A program made the position numbers and the translations under genes. From Mobula hypostoma (taxonomy: Eukaryota), in assembly GCF_963921235.1 (NCBI RefSeq), contig NC_086097.1, forward strand, positions 59,708,001-59,772,000: a stretch of DNA of 64,000 bases, written 5' to 3'. Of this stretch, positions 1 through 12,419 are shown piece after piece. The first letter of the stretch is position 1; each line of letters starts with the position of its first letter. A model generated the notes under the pieces. That model did no database searches, had not been told where the DNA came from, and saw only the letters and a program-made list of their open reading frames with translations.

Positions 1-229
1 ACTAGTAGTAATTGGGTGATCACTCGAGTTGAGCATGATTGAGTATGCTGTTGTCCTAAAAGGTTTTTCCCCTTAATGGAGACCACCTGTGCATCACTTT
101 GTTTAATGTGCCAAGGCTAATGCACAGGCATTCATCACATGGTCCTTAACAGATTAGGATCAAGATCCAGTGAGATGGAATGCAAGATAAAACCTTCAGT
201 GCTGCAACCTTCCTCCATCTTGATGCCAT

Positions 230-415
230 TGTGATGTGTCATCATCTTCTGGCAGCTCTACCATTGAGGTCTTAGTTGGATTGCTCTTTGTCTGACACTT
301 CACCCTTGACCCTACCACTGTGAGTGATCATGGAGCTAAGCTCCAGATGGCATTGCTCTTGGGATCCCAAGAACTCACAAGACTCTTGACCACAACAAGG
401 TGATGATCTTCAGAG
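230..415 (-). mobile_element. Decayed 5' UTR fragment of an RTE-clade (Expander/Rex3-like) LINE
   Basis: Minus strand reads caccttgttgtggtcaagagtcttgtgagttcttgggatcccaagagcaatgccatctggagc...ggtcaagggtgaagtgtcagacaaagagcaatccaa, resembling from memory the 5' end of fish RTE elements. Confidence 0.45.
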
Positions 416-499
416 AAACACTAATCCACTGCCTACCACTGGTTACAGGATTCATATCAGAAAGGTATTTAGCCACCTATCAGCAAGTCAGTTTAGGTT

Positions 500-790
500 C
501 CAATGAACCATTTTGCTTTGGATCGCATGTACCTTAACTTTCTGGAGCAGACTACCATGTGGCAACTTGTTAAAAGCCTTACTAAATTCTATGTAGACAA
601 TTTCTACCATTCTGCTTTCACCAATCTTCTTAATTATCTCCCAAAAAATAAAATCAGATTAGTGAGGCCAGATGCCCTTTACACAATGCTATGCTGACTA
701 TCTCTGTCTGTCTTTCCAACTATTCATAAATCCTGTCCTTTAGAATTACTTTTAAAGTTACTAATCTATTCCGATTGTCTGTAAATTCTC
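500..790 (-). mobile_element. Old CR1 LINE reverse transcriptase fragment
   Basis: ccatgtggcaacttgttaaaagccttactaaattctatgtagac is the decayed antisense of the [13 protein letters not shown] motif seen in better-preserved CR1 copies in this window. Confidence 0.65.
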
Positions 791-3700
791 TGACTAACTG
801 CATGTGTTGCTAAAAGACTAGTAGTCAGTTTGGAGACAGGACTTTAGGATCCATCAACTGTCACCCCAGTGACTTTCTAGACCAGTTTGCTTTCGTGAAG
901 CTTTGAGCATAATTGGGAACTGTGCAGTAACACAAAGTTATATAGCTCTGGTCTTAACCAGGATTGCGGTGGACAGATGAGACAAAAGCCATATTGAGCA
1001 CGGTCTGGTCCATTATGCCTTTATGGAAAATAATGTCTCACTGAATTGGGTAGGTTGCAGAGCTGGGACCCATATTTCAGTGCTGAGCAACTGCACTGCT
1101 CGATCAGCCCACCTATTGGCAGCTCCAACAAGCAGGCTCTCTGAAATGAGCCGTAGTCAGTTCTTCATTGGATTCACACCAGGTTCTTAGCCTAATGCTG
1201 CTCAACGTTTGCAGGGCAATGTTTGCACCAAGTTCCCAGCACAACTGTGTTCAGTAACATTCTTTCTGTAAACCTGGCCTTTCAACACTGATCCATTCGC
1301 ACTTTTGTTCCTGGCAAGTGAGATAACAGCATACATGGAGATGGTACATACTGAAAGGACCAAATATCCTTTTTCAGTGGCCATCAGTTATTTAAAACTT
1401 GACGAATACACAATCATCTTCATTAAAATTACTTCTTTTGTGATACAAAAAGTGGTTTAATGCTGGATCAGTTTTCTACTTTTAAACATATCAAGTAATG
1501 TATTATGCAGTGCAATTGAACAATATATTCTAAAATTCTGCCTGATTTCATGAGTTAATGGAAATTTACTTTTTGATGCAAATCAGATAAGAGTAAAATT
1601 ATGAACCATAAGGTCAATTTTCAATAATTTGAGCAGATTTTTTCAGGTCTGTCAGGTACAACCACAGTAGAAACCATCTTCCTATATTTTTATGCTAATA
1701 AAATTCAACAGCAACAATGAAATTCAATGAAAAGGGTAATTGCCTGTAAGAAAGTCATGATTTTTGTTTTATTTAAAACATTGTTGCCTGCTGTTGTTCA
1801 ATTTCAGGGTTTTGATTTGCGTCAAGTGACTGACAATGATGATGAACCTCCACAGGAAAGTGTCAATTTCTTACAGAAAAGGAAGAACTTTGTTGAAAAT
1901 CAGACATATAATGATGAAAATAGAGCAGTTGTTCAGAATCTACGGAACAAAATTATCATCAAAAGAAATTCATTCGCTCCCACACTTGTCAGCCTGTCGT
2001 ACTTTTCTCTGTGTTCATTCACTCACTGACTGCCAATCTTCAATGATGTCCTCCAACCCACATAGCAGCTTATATCCTACTTGAAAGGTGATAGATATTG
2101 TCTCCACACATGCCTACCTACCTGGTTGTATTATATCCAATCTAAAACCAGTCATCAGCTTGAAAACTTCTCCAATTTTTTGGGGAAATTATTGACAACT
2201 GTTAGGTGCACACAGGGACAAGAGCATACAATTATAAGGTGCAGAATCAGAAGAAGCTCATTCATCCCCTCAACTTTGCTATTCCATTCAATAAGACTGT
2301 CTGAAGACCCAGCCCATACCCTACCTTTGAAGCTCTTTAAAAAGGGGGTTTTCATGTAGTTCTGATTAATCAATTAACAGTTTCCAGGTACTACTTACCA
2401 CTTGAAGTAATTTCAAAAATGTTGTCATATCTGAATTGTATTTTCTAATATTATCAATAAAAGGCCTGGCTTTAATTTTTAGTCCATGTCTTCTAGTCCT
2501 GCACAAGGAGATGGAGGACTAGGAATGGAGAAGTTCTCCTCTAGCTATCTTCAGTCACATCACCCTTTATTCCTCCAAATCTCAGGTAATACTTTATTTC
2601 ATTATTATATGATTTGCCTTCAGATTTTGGGGATTAGTAGGGATGGGGACATCCTGATGCACAGCCTCAGCCCAAAGAATTGACCATCCCTTTGGCTCCA
2701 CTGATCCTGCTGGACTCAGAGTTTTTCAGTGGTTTATTTTTGGTCTAGAATTCCAGCATCCACTATTTCTTATTTTTCTAACCAGGAAATGGAAATCTCT
2801 TCAGTGTATTTTTAGCATTTTTAATTTTGTGGAAATAGTCTTTCTCCCTCCAGTACTTTTATAACATGTTTTTTCTCTCTTCTGGGAAGCTGGTCTAATA
2901 AAGTAGGGACTTATTTCTGCATTCCTTCAGTCCACAGCAATTCTGTTCTTAATTATTGTTTCCTCGATAGTTGTGGCAGGGACTGCTCTAACTGCATAAT
3001 GCAGCCAAGAAAAACTGCATACAAATACAAGTTACAAGTTTATGATCCAAAATTAATTGCTTACACATATGCACACATTGGCATGTCTTCTTTTTGGTAT
3101 GATATCTCCTTAAGTGGACTTCCTGATGCTGTACAATAACAGAACTCTAGAAATAATTAAACTGAGTTGAAAATGTTTGAAGCAATGCAAGTTCCCTTTC
3201 AAGCTACAAAATATCTTGACTTGGAAAGATATCACTACTCCCTTATTATTCCAACAATAATCTGGCAGCATCTTCATCAGGACAACATCGGCTCAAATTT
3301 AAATTTGCTAGTGAAGTTCAAAGCTCAAAGTACATTTATTATCAAAGTCTGCGCACAATCTTGTCTCCTTATAGGCATCCACAAAAAAAATGAAACCCAA
3401 TAGACCCTTGAAAACAAATGAAGACCATCAAACACCCAGCATGCAGAAAGAAAAAAAATGTGATCAGTAAAAGTAAGCAAATAACATTCAGAACTGAAGT
3501 TCACAGAAGTGAATCTAGGCCACATCCTCAGTTCAATGCAGAGACGAGTAAACCTTGTGGAGATGTGAGTCGAACAACTATAAAATGTTTTTTTTTAAAC
3601 TATTATTGCATCTAATACTGTATTTGCCCAACAGTTGAACCACTTAAATGTCTCATTATTTTGTCTTCATCATCTCAGTAAAGTAGTTTTATGCTTAGCT

Positions 3701-4669
3701 TTTTGACATTGTAAACTTGAGTTTGATATCTGTCATTATTAATGTGTTCAGTGCTTGTTTTCACCACAGTAGGGACCTTTGGCAAGCAATACGTTCCCAT
3801 TACATGTCATAGCCAGGAAAATCACTTTCAAACAAATAACTACAAGGTATCTTTCATCAAGTAATAATATTATCTTGTATTGATTATGACAAGGAAACAT
3901 GTCAAATGACAGTTGTAGCTGCTGAAGTCTGTTATCCAAAATATGAATATGACAAAGGCTTTTATCAATCTGCTGTCCAACATCTAACTGAGAGTGGGCT
4001 GCAGTTGCACAACTTATATAGCCAACAGATTCATAGACAAAAACTGAATAATTCAAAAGTAAAACTATGTATGTATAGAAATGGCAGTGATTTCTCAAAG
4101 CCAGTCGCCACAGCCAGAGGACCGTGCTGCAGCAGTTCAGCACATATATTTTCACTGGGCCCAGCCACCTTCAGAAACTTCATTAATCTTAAAGTCTTGC
4201 TGGCATTTTCATAGTACTCTGTACAGAGATATTTTACCCTCACCCTTCTTCTCTTCACTCTCAGTATTATGCTTTTCAACACTACCTTTTCACTTCCCCA
4301 TGGCAGCTTAATGACAGCCATTGAGAAACATCTTTCACAGTAGAAACTGTCTTTCCAGCTGCTGTCAATGTATGCAGAAGTTAGTTTCCAGTACTTTTAA
4401 AAGAAACCTCAACAATTGTTTCCTAAAGCAAGGATTTCCCATTTTAGACATTGTTGTAGGTTTGCTTTTATAGCAAAATATAGCAGACATTTAGCTCACC
4501 AAAAATCAATTTTTTAGGCCACAATGTTCTGAAAAGTGAAACACAATAATGATGCATAACAATACCATAAAACAACATAATGCTCATGAGCGATGACAGT
4601 AACAACATGCACTGATACACAAATAACTGGACAGGTGAAATACCTTTTACTTTATCATTTAGGGTATCG

Positions 4670-4935
4670 CACAAGACAGGCTCATCCAGCCCAATAAGTT
4701 ACACTGCCTAGTAACTCACCTACTTAAAATTAGGCCAATCACAGAACAATTTACAATAATTAATTAACCTACTAACCAGTATGTCATTGGACTGTGGGCG
4801 GAAACTAGAGCACCTGAAGGAAACCCACAAGTTCTCGGGAAGAACATTCAAACTCCATACAGACAACTATGGAATCAAACTCCCAACTCTGAAGCCCCAA
4901 GCTGTAATAGCTTTATGCTAACCAGTATATTACCT
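4670..4935 (-). mobile_element. tRNA-derived V-SINE (HE1-like)
   Basis: ggaaactagagcacctgaaggaaacccacaag...gggaagaacattcaaactccatacagac matches the antisense V-domain; CR1-like tail at the left end. Confidence 0.65.
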
Positions 4936-5075
4936 TCTTCCCCCTTCCTTTCCAGTCCTGATGAAGGACCTTGGCCTGAAACTTTGACTGTCTATTCCTT
5001 TCCATAGATGCTGACTGACCTGCTGAATTCCTCCAGCATTTTGTGCTTGCCTCTCTAGATTTTCAATATCTTGTG
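4936..5075 (+). mobile_element. PLE 3' end fragment with degenerate hammerhead
   Basis: cagtcCTGATGAaggaccttggcctGAAActttgactg followed by gatgctgactgacctgctgaattcctccagca; homologous to the PLE terminus at 51556-51700. Confidence 0.7.
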
Positions 5076-5384
5076 TTAAACAAATGAATTTCAATTAATG
5101 AGATTAATATTAAAAAAAAGATTATCTAAGCTCAGGAAGCAATTAGGAATAATATCAGCCAAATGGGCTATGTAATAATGAGAATACTTGCAGAAGCAGT
5201 GAAATGGAGAGGTGGCTGGCTCATGGTGATGATTGTGGGATCCTGTGAGGATAAAGTAATTTCTTATGAAATAATCATAATCACACCCACATTTCCCCTC
5301 ACAGACTAGCAATATTCAAAAATATAAAGGCAAAGTCAGAGAGTCAAGAATGTTAGGTTACAATTATTAAACACATGAGTTTGG

Positions 5385-6010
5385 AATAAATAGATTGGTA
5401 TAAAATGAACAGTATGTTAAAAATCAGGAGGGAAAGCATTGAAAAAAATCCCAACTAGCTGCCTTGGCTCAGATGTCATGATACTGCTAATGGTAATTAA
5501 GAGCTATTATTATCGAGTTTAAATTTGCATGTGTTGGTCAAGGTGCTATAGATTAATGAAATTCATGTGCTTTAAAACCTCTAATATGATATAAATTGAA
5601 ATGACTTAAAACGAATTGAATGATAAATGGCTTGGCACTTTGAAATATCCTTCATAATGAATAGCTTGTAATATTTAACAATGCCATCATTAATGGGATC
5701 TGCCTCGTCAGAGAAGATCCTGGAGAGGAAACAAACACAACTGGTCAGCCAGATCAGATGCAAATACCGTAGATTGAGTTATAAATGTTTAAATTAATTA
5801 AATGGTGATGAGGCAATAATTATATTATAAATGTATGTAGCACATCTAGAAATAATCTTGAAAGCCTAATATCTTGACTATAATAATGATGTACATATTA
5901 CGGAGGATATTTCTTAATAACATTAATTCAATAAAGTAGGAGACTTGATCTTCCAATCTCTAATACAACTACCAATATTTAAGTATTTAAATATTGAGTA
6001 TTTAAGGATT
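5385..6010 (-). repeat. Copy A of an ancient inverted duplicated non-coding segment
   Basis: Reverse complement aligns colinearly with 12420-13030; core 5638-5719 vs 12692-12773 is 64/82 identical with no gaps. Confidence 0.8.
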
Positions 6011-6012
6011 TG

Positions 6013-6700
6013 CACTCAGTTCCACTTTATTAGGTACACCAGAACATATGCTCGTTAATGCACATATCTAATTAACCAATCATGTGGCTGCAACTCCATG
6101 CATAAAATCATGCAAATGTGGTCAAGAGGTTCAGTTATTGTTCAGATCAAACGTCAGGATGGGAAAGAAATGTTATCTAAAAAAAGGGGTCCCCAACCTT
6201 TTTTGCGCTACGGAGCGGTTTAATATTGACAATATTCTTGTGGACCGGCCAAGTTCAACAATGTGTGACAGGGAATGAGGAAAGGTGCAGCTGACTGATA
6301 TCATATCATATCGTTCCTTCGCAGTCTAGTAGCACATGCTTTGTGGCCCGGTGGTTGAGGACCACTGATCTAAGTGACTTTGATTGTGGAATGATTGACA
6401 GGGTGGTTTGAGTATCTCAGAAACTGTTGATATTCAATGATTTTCATACACAGCAGTCTCAAGAGTTTACAGAGAAGGGTGCAAAAAAAAAACAAAGAAA
6501 CATTCAGTGTGTGGCAGTTTTGTGGGTGAAAATGCTTTGTTAATGAGATAGGTCAGAGGAGCATAACTTTACTGGTTCAAGTTGAAGAAAGGCATTAATA
6601 ACTGAAATAACCAAACATTCCAACAGTGGTGGGCAGAAGAGCATCTCTATGTGCACAACATGTTGAACATTGAAGTGGATGGACTACAGCAACAGACCAC
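6013..6700 (+). mobile_element. Tc1-family non-autonomous element (left TIR plus decayed N-terminal transposase), right end lost
   Basis: TIR cactcagttccactttattaggtac; decayed Tc1 N-terminal sequence (MGKKC..SDFD-GMI..LSISET..MDYS-RP); second copy at 62143-62708. Confidence 0.8.
6184..6367. mobile_element. hAT (Charlie-like) MITE inserted in the Tc1 element
   Basis: Termini aggggtccccaacc / ggttgaggaccactg; atctaa duplicated on both flanks; absent from the Tc1 copy at 62.1 kb. Confidence 0.8.
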
Positions 6701-9700
6701 CAAGAACCTTCTCCAGTTTCAGCACATCATTTCGAAGATAAGGAGCCCAAACTTGCTCAGAATACTCCAAGTGAGGTCTCACCAGTAATTTATAAAGTTT
6801 CAAAATTATGTCTTCGCTTTTATATTCTAGTCCCTGTGGAATGAGTGTTAACTTTGCATTTGCCTTCTTCAGCATAGACACAACCTGCCTATTAACCTAT
6901 AGAGAATCCTGCACAAGGACTCCCAAGTCCCATTGCACCTCAGTTATTTTTGGTGTATTTTCTCTCCATTTAGGTAATACTTTTATTTCTTCTATCAAAG
7001 TGCATGACCATACAATTCCCAACACTCTATTCCACCTGCTATTTCTTTGCCCATGCTCCTGACATGCCCATCTGTCTGTCATTCTCTATCCTCTCTACTT
7101 CCTCAAAGTTACCTGCCCCTCCACCTATCTTTATATTGTCTTCAAATTTTGCAACAAAGCCATCAATCCATCACCTAAATCATTCACATATAATGTAAAA
7201 AAAAATCAGTCCCAACATAGACCCCTGTGGAACACCACTAGTAACTGGCAGCCAGCCAGAAAAGACTCCCTTCATTCCCACTCCTTTCCTCCTACCAATT
7301 AGCCACTACTTTATCCATGCTAGAATCTCTCCTGTATTACCAGGGCTTGTAGCATTTCAAGCAGCCTGATGTGAGGCAGCTTGTCAAAGGCCTTCTGAAA
7401 ATCTAAGTACAAAACATTAACTGATTCTCCTTTCTCTATCCTGCTCGTTACTTCTTCAAAGAATTCCAACAGATTTGTTAGGGAAGATTTTCCCTTGAGG
7501 AAACCATGCTGACTACAGTCTATTTTATCATGTGTCTTCCTGAGATCTCATCCTTAATATTCGACTCCTACATCTGCCCAACCTCTGAGATCAGATTAAC
7601 TGGCCTAAATTTTCCTTTCTCCTGCCTCCTCGCCTTTTTGAAAAGTTGAGTGACATCTGCAATTTTCCAGTCTTCCAGAACCATTCCAGAATCTAGTGGT
7701 TCTTGAAAAACCATTATGATTGCCTCCACAATCCCTTCAGCTACCTCTTTCAGAATTCTGGGGTGTACACCATCTGGTCCAGGTGACTTATCTACCTTCA
7801 GACCTTTCAGTTTCCCAAGAACTTCTCTCTAGTTATGGTAACTTCAAATGCTTCATGTCCCGACACCTGGAACTTTTACTGTACTGCTAGTGTATTCAGC
7901 AATGAAGACTGATGCAAAATACTTATTCAGTTCATCCGCTATTTTGTTGTACCCCATCACTTCCTCTCCAGCATCGTTTTCCAGTGGTCTGATATCCACT
8001 CTTGCCTCTCTTTTATCCTTCATGTATCTGAAGAAACATATGATATCCTCTTTAATATTATTGGCTTACTTTGGTATTCCATCTTTACCTTCTTGATGAC
8101 TTTTTTAGTTCCCTTCTGCTGACTTTTATATCTCCTGAGGGAACGTCAACTCAGACCATGAGAGGCCTGTGTCGAGCATTTTCATGCCTTACAAGGCGCA
8201 TATTGGAAGTCTGTGTGGGGTGTCACTCCTCGCAGAGACACTAGAGCAATGTGTGGTTAAGTGCCTTGCTAAAAGACATAAACACGCTGCCACAGTTGAG
8301 GCTTGAACTAGCAACCTTCAGATCACTAGACGATTGCCTTAACCACTTGGTCACATGCCCAACAAGGATCCTCTAATCCTTACCAATTTTCTAACTTCCC
8401 AAAAAATTTGCTATTATATGCCCTTTCTTTGGCTTTTGTGCTGACTTTGACCTCTTGTTAGCATGGCTGTGTTGTCTTTCCTTTAGAATACTTCTTCCTC
8501 TGTGTGATGTGTATATCCTGTGCCTTCTGAAATTGCTTCCACACATTCCAGCCATAGCTCCTCTGCTGTCATCCCTGCCAGTGTTCATTTTCTCACAATT
8601 CTGGCCAACACCCTCTCGTGCCTCTGTCATTCCCTTAATTCCACTGAAATCCTGATACATCTGACTTTAGCTTCTCTATTTCAAATTTCAGGGTGAATTC
8701 AATCAGATTAGGATTAACTCCCCTCAGGGTTCTTTTACCTTAAACTCTTTAATCAATTCTGGTTCAATGCACAACACCCAATCCAGAGTAGCTGATCCTC
8801 CAGTGGGCTCAACCACGAGCTGCTCTGAAAAGCTATCTCATAGACACTCTTAAAATTCCCCCCTCCTTGAATCCAGCACCAATCCAATTTTTCCAATCTT
8901 TCCAATCTACCTGCACATTGAAATCCCCCATGACTATTGCAACATTGCCCTTTAGGTTTGCATTTTCTATCTCCCATTGTAATTTGTAGGCCACATCCTT
9001 ACTATTGTTTGTGAGTCCGTATACATCTCCCAACAGGGACTTCTTACCCTTGCAGTTCCTTAGCTCTATCCACAATGATTCAACACCTTCCTATGTCACC
9101 TCTTTCTAATGATTTGATTTCATTTTTTACCACCAGGACAATGCTGCCCCTTTTCCCTTCCTATCCATCCTTTTGATACAATATGCACAACCTTTGATTC
9201 CTAGCTTTGTCTGAAGATTTACCAACATTTGCACTAATTGTTTTGGCACTCTGGTTCGCATACCACTACAACTCTAGTTTAAACCCCACCATGCAGCATT
9301 AACAAACCTTTCTGCTAGGATATTGGAACCCCTCCAGTTCAGCTGCAAATTGTCTCTTCTGTACTCGTCTCACCTCTCCTGGAAGAGAGACCCATGATCC
9401 AAAAATCTTATGCCTCCCTCCTACACCAACTCCTTAGCCATGTAGTAAACTGTATAATCTTCCTAGTTCTGGCCTCACTAGCTCGTGGCATGGATCAGAA
9501 TGCTGGAGGCTTGCCCTTTAACTTAGCACCAAACTCACTGAACTCCCTCTGCAGAACCTCATCACTCGTCCTACCCATGTCATTGGTACCTACATGGAGC
9601 ACAACATCAGAAGGTTCACCCTCCCACTTAAGAAGACTGAGGACTCGATCCAGCTATCCCAGACCCTGGCACATGGGCAGCAACGTACCATCTGGGAACC

Positions 9701-9755
9701 TCATTCTCGCCCACAAAACCAACTGCCCGTTCCTCATGGGTAATTTGCTCAGTGT
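6701..9755 (-). mobile_element. Decayed CR1 LINE (ORF1 SGNH part, endonuclease, RT), 3' end missing
   Basis: ORF fragments WIELRNCKGKKSLLG..VMGDFN (APE endonuclease) and LYKLLVRPHLEY (RT C-terminus); ORF1-like sequence at 9270-9750. Confidence 0.9.
8133..8363 (-). mobile_element. tRNA-derived SINE with CORE-like domain, inserted in CR1
   Basis: Minus strand has A box tgaccaagtgg, B box gctagttcaagcc, then tgtcttttagcaaggcacttaacc (CORE-like); it interrupts CR1 ORF2. Confidence 0.7.
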
Positions 9756-11129
9756 ATGGCCTGGGAATCCCAATACAATAGGACTCCTCATATAGTATTC
9801 TGCCCTCAAGTGTTTTCCCTGTTTTCTTCAAGCTGGACAGATAATTAGCTCTTGTCCCGACATAGCTGTCGTTGAAGGCAATTTTATTATTCACGAACGT
9901 GTTATAGTATACAGGGAGCCGGTGTAAAAAGACAATACTTCTGGTGTTCTAACAAAAGGTAGCGTTAAACACTGATCAAAGCTCCCTCGACTTCCGACAG
10001 ATTGGTTCTAACCGACTGAAATGTATAAATGGTATAAAATGGCCACCCTGATAGTGAAAGCTAATTGCTTAACAATGTGATAATGAGCAATCAACAACAG
10101 CTGGGAATTTACAATTAGTGAGAACGAGTAATTGGAGATAAGGTAGTAACCCAAATCCAGAAAGACATAACAATTAGCTGCTACATGAAACCCAATGATG
10201 TATATGGGTCACTGAGGTCCAAGATCTATCTACAGGCAAATGGACTGATACTAGTGGTTCTCTCCATTCTCAAGAGCTGATTTTAACTGTAAAATAACTG
10301 TTATTCACTTATCTCCTAGTCAAGTTATATTGGCTAGCTATCCTTTGCTGCTGATTGGCTAGTTTTGTAGTCTATGTTCCCTACCTGGGAATTAAGTTTG
10401 TAATCTTCTCTGTGGTAAGTATCTCTGTTGCCTCTCCCTCCCTCCTAACTTGCCTTATCCCTCTTTCCATTTACAACCTTACTTCAATCCTAGTCTACTT
10501 TATTTTCCTCATACTGCGTGTAGGATATGTCTCCAAAAACAACACTATCTGTGTTCCTTTTTCAGTTATTGACTTTCAGCATTTTCCAGATTTAATCCTT
10601 CAAGTTAAAAAGGAATAATCTGAATTAACGTATGAAAACCAACAAATTTTGATGCAAATAACTAATTTCAGCATGTTGTTATAAAAGTTAGCTTTTATTT
10701 GTGATTAGTAGTTAATCGATGAAGAAAATTCAGATAGAAATCCACAAGCCAGATGCACTGAAGAAGCTAAAGTAATGGAAGACTACGATCACGTAATATG
10801 CAGGATTATATTTATCCTTCTCATGTGAGTCAGAACATAAAAATTGCCACCTCACTTGCTGCCAATAGCATTGCAGTAAGTTTTTCTCCATAAAGGTTAC
10901 AGGTTAAATGAGTTCTTGATAGCTTCAGTCTAATTTACTCCTCATGGGATTACATGTGTAATAGAAATCTGCTCTCCAATGCAACCTGACCTTGTAGGGC
11001 ACTTGTAATATCAGCTTTGGGGGAGTTTGATTGGATGTAGCAGATGGAATATATAGCCTATTGTTGATGGTTTATGTCATGGGCATCCTGTGTCATTTAG
11101 TTCTGAGGCACAGTATAGGTCACTCAGTA

Positions 11130-11720
11130 TCTATTGCTAAAGGGGGACATTTGAGCCATTGAGCTGATGCAGGCCCCTCTTTGAGAAATCCCACCAGTCA
11201 TATTTCTTCTCTTTCTCTGCATAGCCTGACAGATCATTCCCTCTCTAGTGCCCATTCAATTCCCTTTAGGCTCTGATTGATTCTGTTTCTATCACCCGTA
11301 ATAACAGTACTCTTTGGATAAAATGTATTTCCTTGCATCCCTCTAGTATATTCCATCAAAATGCTAAATGTATCCCCTCTGAGTGGAGAAGAGAGATTTT
11401 GCTTATTTAGTGTGGTAAATGATGTCCCTCCTCTCTGGAATTATTTTGTTACTGCAGCAAATCTGGGACCTTCACATCAATCCTAAAGTGTGGTGACCAG
11501 AATTGGCTGAAATGTTCAGCTGCAGATTATGCAGTGTTTTGTGAAGGTTACAGCATCTTCTGTTTTCCTTATCTCTTTCTCTAGCTAGGAATTCCACAAG
11601 CATCATTAATCACTCTCCTCACAAGCCATCATCAAGGATTGATGCACACATACACTCTGCTACATCTGCTCCTGCTCACCCTTTCATCAGCCTGTTTCTT
11701 ACTCTTTGTGCCAAAGTGCA
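11130..11720 (-). mobile_element. Old CR1 3' fragment
   Basis: cctaaagtgtggtgaccagaattgg is the antisense of QFWSPH; a CR1-type 3' UTR lies to the left. Confidence 0.55.
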
Positions 11721-11838
11721 TCATGTCACACCTTTCATTTTACCACCCTACATAATAATAGCTATCAACAGGATGTAAAGTGGGGTGGGAGAACCAGAAC
11801 ATGCATCTGCCTGGAAATTTAATCACAAATTTAATCCC

Positions 11839-11950
11839 TCTTCCTTCAGTTAGTCCTGACGAAGGGTCTCGGCCTGAAACGTCGACTGCGCCTCTTCCTA
11901 TTGATGCTGCCTGGCCTGCTGCGTTCACCAGCAACTTTGATGTGTGTTGT
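11839..11950 (+). mobile_element. Short PLE terminal fragment
   Basis: Near-identical to the reverse complement of the PLE terminus at 51596-51706. Confidence 0.85.
11851..11888 (+). ncRNA. Minimal type I hammerhead ribozyme (PLE-type)
   Basis: TAGTC-CTGACGA-AGG(gtctcgg)CCT-GAAA-CGTC^GACTG: complete catalytic core, helix II AGG/CCT, palindromic ACGT helix III, helix I TAGTC/GACTG; predicted cleavage after 11883. Confidence 0.8.
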
Positions 11951-12419
11951 TTTTTGTAGCATTATTGAATTAAAATAAGTTTTTTTTCTCTGTAGTGAAA
12001 CGTATCAATCATTTTTCTGAGGAATATTGCCTCATTTAAGATATTTCTAGGCATGCATTACCTTTGTATCAAGGCTGCTATTTCCACACTGGAATCCACA
12101 GAATGATATTGCTCCATATCCAATCACCCTCTTGGAGCATTGCAGAACATTGACTACATTATTCCATATCCCAGCACCACTTGGTCTCATCAGCTTTACA
12201 ACTGCAGGTAGCTGAACAACTTGCTTTCATCTTATGAGATTCTACCTCTTACTTAATTTCATGCTTGTCTATAATTTTCTCCCTTTATTTGTATCTTATT
12301 CTTTTATGGATCCCACTTCTCCCTAAATAAATCCAATACTCTCCATGTTCAAAATGAATCCCTCAAAAGAGATTTCTCTTGAATATCCCAATCAATTTAA
12401 ACACAATTATATTTGTAAA

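Noticed and set aside
3748..4321. Overlapping 76-135 aa ORFs on both strands
   Set aside because: No recognisable domain; consistent with chance ORFs.
5581..5763. Core of the duplicated segment as paralogous coding exons (both copies follow a pyrimidine tract plus CAG)
   Set aside because: Differences are mostly non-synonymous, acceptor phases differ, there is no shared donor, and the copies are on opposite strands.
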